A stretch of 64,000 bases of DNA from Promethearchaeota archaeon (lineage in GTDB: Archaea > Asgardarchaeota > Lokiarchaeia > Sigyniarchaeales > Sigyniarchaeaceae): the NCBI GenBank assembly GCA_041305945.1, contig JBGLND010000001.1, positions 1,717,210 through 1,781,209 of the forward strand. Reading direction: 5' to 3'. Below the pieces are notes generated by a model. The model was not told the origin of the DNA, searched no databases, and worked only from the letters and a program-made list of their open reading frames with translations. Both the position numbers and the translations under genes were made by a program. This document shows positions 52,952 through 60,193 of the stretch, one piece after another; within the stretch, counting starts at the first letter, position 1; the number at the start of each line of letters is the position of its first letter.

Positions 52952-53230
52952 GCCCTTAATTTCTGTCAGTCGCTGGTTTCCGACATATAATTTCTTGAGG
53001 TTCACGAGGGCATCCAATCCCTTCAATTCTTCTAGTTGGCCCATCCCGATCATCAAGAACTCAAGATCCGTGCACTTATCAAGGCCGATCACCTGCTCCA
53101 GGCTCTTTATAGCCGGTAGTTGAAGTTTTTTACCGCCCTCGGTGAGCTTAATCTCCTTCTCCTCGATGACGGTGGTCTTGGTACTACCTTCTTCGATTAC
53201 TTCTGCTTGTTTGACGATCACTTTTTCCAT
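52802..53230 (-). CDS. leucine-rich repeat protein (SDS22-like 22-residue repeats), apparently 3'-truncated
   Basis: LEQVIGLDKCTDLEFLMIGMGQLEELKGLDALVNLKKLYVGNQRLTEIKGLEKLVNLEVLKLEQNGIEEIKGLEML. The periodicity is lost after 52874. Confidence 0.7.
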   Translation of the reverse strand: MEKVIVKQAEVIEEGSTKTTVIEEKEIKLTEGGKKLQLPAIKSLEQVIGLDKCTDLEFLMIGMGQLEELKGLDALVNLKKLYVGNQRLTEIKGLEKLVNLEVLKLEQNGIEEIKGLEMLVRNIDPQRIAVCRAKGLAVHAIH

Positions 53231-53594
53231 CTGTATCTCCTCTTACGATAATTCTTATTCGATTGACGATCGAGATCGAATAATTATTCATGTGGTCTGA
53301 TCCAATAAATACTTTCCATAGATCATAGATCCTAATGTATTGCCACATCAAAACTGCCAGGCGATTTTCCCAAGTCTGAGCCCAGTTTGTACGTTTGTCT
53401 TTTAAGGATCGTGCGTGGTGCTGTCCTATCGAGAGCAACTTGCTCAAGGAAGCGGAATTCAAGGTAGTAGCCGAGACCGTGGTTCGCGGGGTCACATTCT
53501 CGTGTTGGAAAAATGACTTCAGAGATGTTTAATAACTTGTATTTGATAGAATTCTCAGAATGATATACACAAAACTGCAGAAAGGGAACCCACC

Positions 53595-53825
53595 GTGACT
53601 TCAAGGATCAAAAAAATAGAGAAAGAAGCCCTCCAACTCACATCCCACGAGAGCGCGATTCTGGCGGCACGATTACTGCACAGTTTGGATGACGAAGAAG
53701 ATGCTGACGTCGAGCGTGCTTGGATCGAGGAAGCGGAGCGACGGTACAAAGAATTCAAGAAGGATAACACCACCGCGCGATCGGTAGATGAGGTACTGCA
53801 GGAGATCCGGTCGGAACTCCAATGA
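53595..53825 (+). CDS. putative addiction-module antitoxin (TIGR02574-like)
   Basis: 76 aa. LSHESAILAARLLHSLDDEEDADVERAWIEEAERRYKEFKKDNTTARSVDEVLQEIRSEL fits the 'putative addiction module component' pattern. The stop overlaps the toxin ATG (ATGA). Confidence 0.7.
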   Translation: MTSRIKKIEKEALQLTSHESAILAARLLHSLDDEEDADVERAWIEEAERRYKEFKKDNTTARSVDEVLQEIRSELQ

Positions 53826-54114
53826 TTGACCACCTCATCATTCGGGAAGCGGAAGAGGAATTGCGGGATGCAACTCGGTTCTATGAATCACGGGCAACCG
53901 GCTTGGCCTGGATTTTTTATCCGAAATAGAGAAGTCCATTCAATCAATAAAAGATTCGCCTGAATCGTGGCCAATTATCGAATGAAAAGTACGGCGACGC
54001 TTGTTGTCCCGGTTTCCATTTGGAATGTTTTATTATATTGATGAAAATCAAGTAATTATCATTGCAATTGCTCATTTACGTCGCAAACCGGGTTATTGGA
54101 GACGCCGGTTATAA
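53822..54114 (+). pseudogene. ParE/RelE-family toxin disrupted by one frameshift (~53905) and one in-frame TGA (53983-53985)
   Basis: Three segments join to a ParE-like sequence: MIDHLIIREAEEELRDATRFYESRATGL / LDFLSEIEKSIQSIKDSPESWPIIE* / KVRRRLLSRFPFGMFYYIDENQVIIIAIAHLRRKPGYWRRRL. Confidence 0.7.
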
Positions 54115-54204
54115 TCGATGATTCCCCGTCTCTACGATTTTTTGCACGAATTTGCCGCCATTTTTGCATTTATTCCCCGGCAACAATCCATAAAAGACAT
54201 CAAG

Positions 54205-54229
54205 AACCGATATTACAGGATCGGTTTTT
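54205..54229 (+). terminator. hairpin AACCGAT-(8 nt)-ATCGGTT followed by a T-run
   Basis: Read directly. The stem is 7 bp and is followed by TTTTT. It lies ~90 nt after the decayed toxin. Confidence 0.3.
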
Positions 54230-54270
54230 GCATTAATTCGGATTTTTTACATGTGGGAGTGTATGTGGGA

Positions 54271-54335
54271 TTTCAAAAATAAACTGAAAAATCGCGAAAT
54301 AAACTGAAAAATTTCAAAAATAGACTGAAATCAGA
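54271..54335 (+). repeat. three ~20-nt-spaced direct repeats AAATA(A/G)ACTGAAA(AAT) in an ORF-free AT-rich region
   Basis: tttcaaaaataaactgaaaaatcgcgaaataaactgaaaaatttcaaaaatagactgaaatc. Neighbouring duplicated motifs are ATGTGGGA x2 (54251-54270) and (A)TCTCTTTCAC x2 (54397-54424). Confidence 0.6.
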
Positions 54336-54957
54336 AACCACGCCCCACATTAAGCGAATATCTAATTTATCTTCTACTTTACATATTTTATTTCATTCAC
54401 ATCTCTTTCACATTCTCTTTCACACAAGGCATCCCCCGTTATACATAAATAATTGCAGATTTCTTACGATATCTCCCCGCAATAAAATTTCCGAAAAGGA
54501 ATCGATCGATTTGATTTTGTTTAACTCTCTGAATCGTGAGAACAGCAGCTTGGTGATCGTGAGACCTCCAAGCTGGTATTTTTACTTTCGGGATGATACT
54601 TCCCTGCCTTTTGGTAATGTTTTGATTTCACTTGGTTGATTTTCAAGATTTATCACGAAAATTTGCATCAGAATTAAAAGTCCTAACAAGCTTCTGAGCA
54701 AGAGATGCCTCTGTAATCGAAATTTTACTATAAATCTCCTCATCTGTTTCATTCTCTCCTATTTTTCAACGTTATTAATTTTACAGGCGTGATTCATGGG
54801 GCTGCTTATTTTTTAACCTCTCCAGTTTTGTGATTACACTGGGAATGTTTACCTTTGGACATTGAAAAGGTGTTTATATCACCCTTTGGATGCGTTCAGA
54901 GTTCATTTTCAATTATTGAGGAAAAAAAGGTGAAGAAAAACGTCAAGAAAAAATCCA

Positions 54958-56865
54958 GTGGGGAATGTCATAAAAAGCATGCTTGCGTGCTCGTTTATAT
55001 TCATCGGGTTGATCATGATCGGTGGTGGAAACGAGAATCAAGGCTTTTTTGGTCTTATGCTGAACAACGAGCCTCCCGTGCAGTCTGCAACATTTTTCTT
55101 TGATGAGTTTGACCTTTCGGAAGACTATGATCTCCAGTTCGATAGTGCCCTCTTGGGAGATTATAATGCGAAGAGTGTTGCATTCGTTGACGACGTGAAT
55201 GGCGATGGCTTCGATGATGCCATGGTTGGCTCTCCCAAGTTCAACAACGGCTCGGTTGATGTCGGGCGGGCTTATCTTTACTACGGTGGTCCTGCGGGAT
55301 TTGATTTTGCGTCTCCCAACGCGACGTTCACGGGAACCGGCATTGCGAGATTCGTTGGTTATTCCGTTGCTTCTGCAGGGGATGTGAATGCCGATGGCTA
55401 TGCTGATATTTTAATTGGTGCGATACAAACCAATAGCTACGCCGGTGAAGCATATCTCATCTACGGCAATGGGTCAGCGAATCTTATTTCAGGACAGTAT
55501 CTCTTAAGCACTGATGCAAACGCGACCTTTGTTGGGACTGCCGGGAGTTACACGGGGAATTGCGTCGCGCCTGCAGGTGATGTGAACGGGGACGGGTATT
55601 CGGATTTCATAATCGGCTCTGCACGTTACAACAGCAATCGCGGACGTGTTTACGTGTTCTACGGGAACGATTCAGCGAATTTGATCAAGGGAACCTATAA
55701 CTTGGGCACGGCCGGGGTTGCAAATGCGACGTTTACTGGGGTAGGTTCCACGGACCTATTTGGATACTCTGTGGACGGCATTGGAGATACCAACAACGAT
55801 ACTTTCGATGACATCATCATCGGTGCAATAGATGGAAGCTCGTATTCCGGATCGGCATACATATACAAAGGCAGCGCCTCCGGGCTGGAATTGTCTGCTG
55901 CCGTCACGTTTGTTGGTAGCTCGTCCCATCTCGGTAACTCTGTATCGGGTGCAGGCGACGTGAATGGCGATGGATTCGACGATTTCATGATAGGAGAATT
56001 TTTTTATAGTGGTGAAACGGGCCGGGCCCGGTTATATTATGGAAGCAGTTCATTATCTTTCCCATCTGCAAACGCGACGTTTACCGGTGCAAGTACAAGC
56101 AATAGAGCTGGAACATGCGTTTGTGGGGCAGGCGATTTAAACAAGGATGGATTTGGCGACATCTTGATCAGTGCCCCAGGATATAATTCACAACAAGGTA
56201 AAGTATACGGCTTCTTCGGCGCGGGCGGCTCGAGCACGCTACAAGGCAATTACAATCTTGATTCCGGCAGCAACATCACGTTCGTAGGCATTGCCGATCA
56301 TCGTTACACTGGCACTTTCTTGGCTGGCGGGGGCGACTGCAGCGCTGATGGATGGGATGACGTGATGATTAGCGCATGCCAGGACATGGTCTCTTACGGT
56401 GATGTGTACTGTTTCTTTGGTGAAAATTCTCACTTGTTATCGTTCTCACCGAATGATATTGCATGCGTGCAAGGGAGTAATACCACTTTTTCATGGCAAG
56501 TCATTGTCACCGGTCCAGGATCAATGGAATTTGATGCATCGATTTTGATTGACGCTGAACTTTTCATGTCCTTTGTATTCATGACTGATCATACCTTGAA
56601 CTACAGCACGTCATTAAGCTTTTTACCCGTTGGGAACCACACCATGACCATTATTGTAACAAGTGCTCTCGGGGACCCTGTTCAAGGCACCGTGAACGTT
56701 ACTGTTACATCCAATGCGTCGGCTCCCGGGTTCTTGGAGATCATCGAACCGTACATCATCCCATCGTTGGCATCGTTTGGTGTTGGTATTGCTGTTTTTG
56801 CAATCACCAACTTTGCAGTAACCCACCGTAAAAGCAAGAAGGACGTGCGGAAAAAAAAGACATAG
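54958..56865 (+). CDS. integrin-alpha-like protein: seven FG-GAP repeats, Ig-like stalk, C-terminal TM anchor
   Basis: There are seven units of the form x-G-x-S-V-x-x-A-G-D-V-N-G-D-G-(F/Y)-(D/A)-D-x-(I/M)-(I/V)-G ... G-x-(A/V)-Y-(L/V/I)-(Y/F)-(Y/F)-G, for example DDVNGDGFDDAMVGSP ... GRAYLYYG. The tail is LASFGVGIAVFAITNFAVTHRKSKKDVRKKKT. The start is GTG 54958 or ATG 54979. Confidence 0.85.
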   Translation: MGNVIKSMLACSFIFIGLIMIGGGNENQGFFGLMLNNEPPVQSATFFFDEFDLSEDYDLQFDSALLGDYNAKSVAFVDDVNGDGFDDAMVGSPKFNNGSVDVGRAYLYYGGPAGFDFASPNATFTGTGIARFVGYSVASAGDVNADGYADILIGAIQTNSYAGEAYLIYGNGSANLISGQYLLSTDANATFVGTAGSYTGNCVAPAGDVNGDGYSDFIIGSARYNSNRGRVYVFYGNDSANLIKGTYNLGTAGVANATFTGVGSTDLFGYSVDGIGDTNNDTFDDIIIGAIDGSSYSGSAYIYKGSASGLELSAAVTFVGSSSHLGNSVSGAGDVNGDGFDDFMIGEFFYSGETGRARLYYGSSSLSFPSANATFTGASTSNRAGTCVCGAGDLNKDGFGDILISAPGYNSQQGKVYGFFGAGGSSTLQGNYNLDSGSNITFVGIADHRYTGTFLAGGGDCSADGWDDVMISACQDMVSYGDVYCFFGENSHLLSFSPNDIACVQGSNTTFSWQVIVTGPGSMEFDASILIDAELFMSFVFMTDHTLNYSTSLSFLPVGNHTMTIIVTSALGDPVQGTVNVTVTSNASAPGFLEIIEPYIIPSLASFGVGIAVFAITNFAVTHRKSKKDVRKKKT

Positions 56866-56899
56866 AATACTAGGAATAAACAAAAGGAATTGACACCCA

Positions 56900-56908
56900 T
56901 TTTTTTTT
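56900..56908 (+). terminator. T9 tract 35 nt after the stop of the FG-GAP gene
   Basis: Read directly (cccattttttttttaa). Confidence 0.4.
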
Positions 56909-57318
56909 AATTTCACGTTCTCTTCGTTTTGACCCTCTTTTCGTTCAACATCTAGCCTAATACAAATGTAGCACCCGCGACTCCGGTCATGACGCCCGAT
57001 ACCGTATTAAAGGTACCGTCTGGAATGGTGAAACCCGGGTTCGTTCCTGTCGCGGTGAACGTTGAAAAAAGCAGTGGTTAATAGTTCCTGCAAGCAAACC
57101 TCGCGGAAGCTCGTGCAAGGGCCAGAATACAAGAAAGTAATGCACGTTCGCACCTTAAATACGTTTCAATCCTTTTCATTTCAAGAGACCACCGTGACAT
57201 GCTATTCCATCAGGCTTGGCTTCCATATTCCGACGATATATTGTAAAATCCATAAAAATGTAATTTTGCGGGATAGAAAAAGATATATGTATATAGCTAT
57301 ATGTAAGTCGTGATTGAC

Positions 57319-57552
57319 ATGGCTTCTAAAACTATTATGATCCAGGATGATACATACCAGAAACTAGCAGAACTGAAAAAAGAGTCCGAATCTTTCAATG
57401 ATGTTATTCAACGCTTGATATACAAATTCCAGAATCTGGATCCTTATTATGGTTTGCTTGCCGACAATGACGGGGATTTAATAGAAGATGCAATCGAAAA
57501 AGCGAGAAATGCAAATGATATCGCGGACTTGTCCCGAGGAGATTCTTCGTGA
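57319..57552 (+). CDS. vapB: VapB-type antitoxin (PF02697/DUF217-like)
   Basis: MASKTIMIQDDTYQKLAELKKESESFNDVIQRLI matches the archaeal K-T-I-x-I-x-D-x-x-Y-x-x-L ... SFSDVI pattern. The stop overlaps the vapC GTG (GTGA). Confidence 0.75.
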   Translation: MASKTIMIQDDTYQKLAELKKESESFNDVIQRLIYKFQNLDPYYGLLADNDGDLIEDAIEKARNANDIADLSRGDSS

Positions 57553-57953
57553 AAGCGGTCTGTTTAGATACTCGCATCCTCTCACAATACCTAAATAGGA
57601 AGGAACGGGCAAAAAAAATCATTCAAGATTATTTGCAGCGCGATTTCGAGATATATACGACAACAATCAACATCACTGAATTTTTTATGGGGCTATATAA
57701 AGTCAGAATTCCAAATGATGATGAATTAACTAAACTGAAAGATTTCTTTCTAACATTGCATCCGCGCGTGGTTGATTACGAGACTGCAAAAGTAGCAGGA
57801 AATTTATTTGCCGTTCTCTTGAAAGGAAATGCCATTGGATGGAGAGATACTTTCATTGCCGCGATAGCTCTTCAGCACGGAAAAAGCATAATAACGAGCA
57901 ATCCAGAGCATTTCACACGCGTTCAAGGCCTTGATGTAATAGAATACGCGTGA
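57549..57953 (+). CDS. vapC: PIN-domain toxin VapC
   Basis: 134 aa with CLDT (Asp1), TTINITEF (Glu), WRDTFIAA (Asp) and IITSNPEHF (Asn/Asp), which are the PIN acidic positions. Confidence 0.8.
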   Translation: MKAVCLDTRILSQYLNRKERAKKIIQDYLQRDFEIYTTTINITEFFMGLYKVRIPNDDELTKLKDFFLTLHPRVVDYETAKVAGNLFAVLLKGNAIGWRDTFIAAIALQHGKSIITSNPEHFTRVQGLDVIEYA

Positions 57954-57993
57954 GGGGTCGCCGCGGCTTTGGCAGTTCAATATATTACAACCA

Positions 57994-58196
57994 GAAGATG
58001 CTGACGTCGAGCGCGCTTGGATCGAGGACGCGGAGCGGCAGTACAAAGAATTCAAGAAGGACAACACCACCGCGCGATCGATAGATGAATTACCACGGGA
58101 AATTCGGTCGGAACTACCATGATTGGTCACATCATCATTCGGGAAGCGGAAAACGAATTGCGGGATGCGACTCGGTTCTACAAATCACGGGCAACC
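57994..58196 (+). pseudogene. truncated second copy of the antitoxin/ParE-like module (3' end of antitoxin plus first 26 codons of toxin)
   Basis: 203 nt are collinear with 53697-53899, with 23 mismatches by hand alignment (about 89% identity). Similarity stops abruptly on both sides. Confidence 0.75.
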
Positions 58197-59631
58197 TGTC
58201 TAGTTGCTCTTCCTCCATGGTCTTGCGGTATTTAATGATGTTGTACAGCCCCAAATTGATGGCGGTTAAAGGCGTGCTCAATTCATGAGAAACCATTGAA
58301 ACGAACCGTTGTCGGGTTTTTTCGAGTTCTACAAAGGGGCTCACGTCGTTGAATACGTGCAGCGTGCCTAAGAAGCGATCATAACGCTGTATACGTATGT
58401 GTGACGAGAATAATTCAAGGAAGAGCGTTGGTTCAATGGACAACATTTTTTTTCCCAACTTGACATGTTCAAGGCTTGAATTTTTCGTTCCTGATAATTT
58501 TTCTCTCTCTTTCTTGACGGCATTCATGATCGCGTTTTCCGGGGCGTCGGAAATGTTCATCGAGGTCTCGATGATATCGTCAAAGGCTTTGCCATACAAG
58601 GTATGGAAGCTGTTATTCATGAGAATGATCTCGCCCTTATCATCGACCAGAAGCACGCCGCTCGGGACCGTGTCGAGCAAGATTTTATTTACCAGTTCCA
58701 GCCTGGCATTTGCTTCCTGCAATTCTCTCGTCCTTTTTTGAACCTTGCGCTCCAAATATGCGCTCATCAACACGAATACAATGCCCGCGACGATCACTGT
58801 CGTTATCAAGTAGATCAACCAGTCGGGTATCCTCTCTACGACTTCCGCTCCCATGAAATGCTGTTTGATCGATATGTAATATATGGAATCAAAATTTTTC
58901 TTCAGTTCTGTAACGTGATGGTCGATTCTTTGTATGAGCATATCGTTCAGGAACACATGCTTCGGAAAAGCAAACTTTAAATCAGACGGGTTAAAGAAAA
59001 GGCTCGTTTCTACAACCTCATACTTGTTCTGGTTAAGTAAACCGAACAAACGATTCACGGCACCCGCGTCCGCCGTTCCGTTCTGCACCATCTCGAACAC
59101 TTGGAGGTAGTCTTGGACGACGAGAAACGTGCAGTTGATCCCGAAATATGCCGTCAGGTTCATGATACCATAGATGCCCGTGGTATGGATGCTATCGTTC
59201 ATCACGGCAACGGTCTTGTTGTTTAGATCATAAAAATCAAGTATCGTGCCATGTTCTCTCGCATATATTACACCCCAGTTGTTGTAAACCGTGACGTTAT
59301 TGAAATCAAATTCCTGGTCTCTTTCCTTCGAGTATGCAACATCCACCATCACGTCAATCTGGCCCGCTTCCAAGCGGTCCATGCATTCCGTCCACGTGCC
59401 TTCGACGTAGTTCACCTTCCATCCTTCCAGCCTCGATATATGTTCCACGATATCGTACCAGAAACCTGCCCACTGGCCCCTCTCGTCCTTGAATATCTTC
59501 GGGGGCATCTCGTAGACCCCGACATCTATTTCTATGGTTTGCGCGCGCGATGGGACGGATACCATGACGAATGTCACGAATACGAACGAAAGGGGGATTA
59601 ATACCAATGCTCGGGTTGTTTTCGGTTTCAT
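58135..59631 (-). CDS. sensor histidine kinase lacking the HATPase_c domain: signal/TM, family-3 solute-binding-like sensor, TM, PAS-like, HisKA
   Basis: WAGFWYDIVEHISRLEGWKVNYVEGTWTECMDRLEAGQIDVMVDVAYSKER is SBP_bac_3-like. The H-box is FVSMVSHELSTPLTAI. The ORF ends ~25 aa after HisKA, and its last 22 codons are antisense of the toxin remnant. Confidence 0.75.
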   Translation of the reverse strand: MKPKTTRALVLIPLSFVFVTFVMVSVPSRAQTIEIDVGVYEMPPKIFKDERGQWAGFWYDIVEHISRLEGWKVNYVEGTWTECMDRLEAGQIDVMVDVAYSKERDQEFDFNNVTVYNNWGVIYAREHGTILDFYDLNNKTVAVMNDSIHTTGIYGIMNLTAYFGINCTFLVVQDYLQVFEMVQNGTADAGAVNRLFGLLNQNKYEVVETSLFFNPSDLKFAFPKHVFLNDMLIQRIDHHVTELKKNFDSIYYISIKQHFMGAEVVERIPDWLIYLITTVIVAGIVFVLMSAYLERKVQKRTRELQEANARLELVNKILLDTVPSGVLLVDDKGEIILMNNSFHTLYGKAFDDIIETSMNISDAPENAIMNAVKKEREKLSGTKNSSLEHVKLGKKMLSIEPTLFLELFSSHIRIQRYDRFLGTLHVFNDVSPFVELEKTRQRFVSMVSHELSTPLTAINLGLYNIIKYRKTMEEEQLDRLPVICRTESHPAIRFPLPE

Positions 59632-60193
59632 GGGCTTTCATCTACCTTCAAGGGTTCACTACATGCCCGATTCGGCCTCTACGGCGATCGACGGAGAAGG
59701 AACCGCGACATCGTACCTATGGGGGAAGAGTGGTTGCTGATAGTGAGGACAATTGGTATCTCTATTTATAAATGTAGAGTGCTGGCGTGCATTTCCCGCT
59801 GACAAGGCACGAGAACTAACCAACGGGACGTGCTAGGCGGCTTTTCGAGGAATAAAACGTTCCAAGGACGGATCACCTGGACATCATGATGCGCGTCGCG
59901 TGAAACCGCGTGATGGCATGCAATCCTTGTTGCAAGTTCTACGTGATCAAGCATGGGCTCGTCTCGCTCTGGCATGCTGATCGAACGGACGAGGGCCGAT
60001 CGAAAGGATTAAATCGCCCGAAAAAAACAAGCTGAAATGAACCTTCCAGATTGGTATGGCGCGTCGCTGGTTGCACATGGTTGCTTGAAATGAACGCATC
60101 CAAGATCTCCGGTGATCACGTGCACGTGCTTGTTACATTCCACGCGCGCCTGGATATGGCCAGAAATTAACCAATCAATTTGTCGTTTTCACC

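Noticed and set aside
53332-53604. 90-aa minus-strand ORF as an integrase N-terminal (SAM-like) fragment
   Set aside because: The similarity (YLEFRFLEQVALDRTAPRTILKRQTYKL) is impressionistic. There is no catalytic R-H-R-Y region downstream. I mention it only as a lead for the island hypothesis.
53983-53985. In-frame TGA of the ParE-like toxin as selenocysteine or a recoding site
   Set aside because: The same gene also has a frameshift 80 nt upstream and no SECIS-like context is evident. Ordinary pseudogenisation is simpler.
54271-54335. Possible CRISPR array
   Set aside because: There are only three short (~16-nt) degenerate units with ~4-nt 'spacers'. There are no cas genes and no 25-40-nt repeat/spacer periodicity. 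I treat it as iteron-like or regulatory repeats instead.
59766-60170. Possible decayed metallophosphoesterase on the minus strand (SGHIQ...HVHVITGDLG; IACHHAVSRDAHHD)
   Set aside because: There are only vague resemblances to the D-x-H / GD / GNH motifs, broken over several frames. This is not enough to call a pseudogene.
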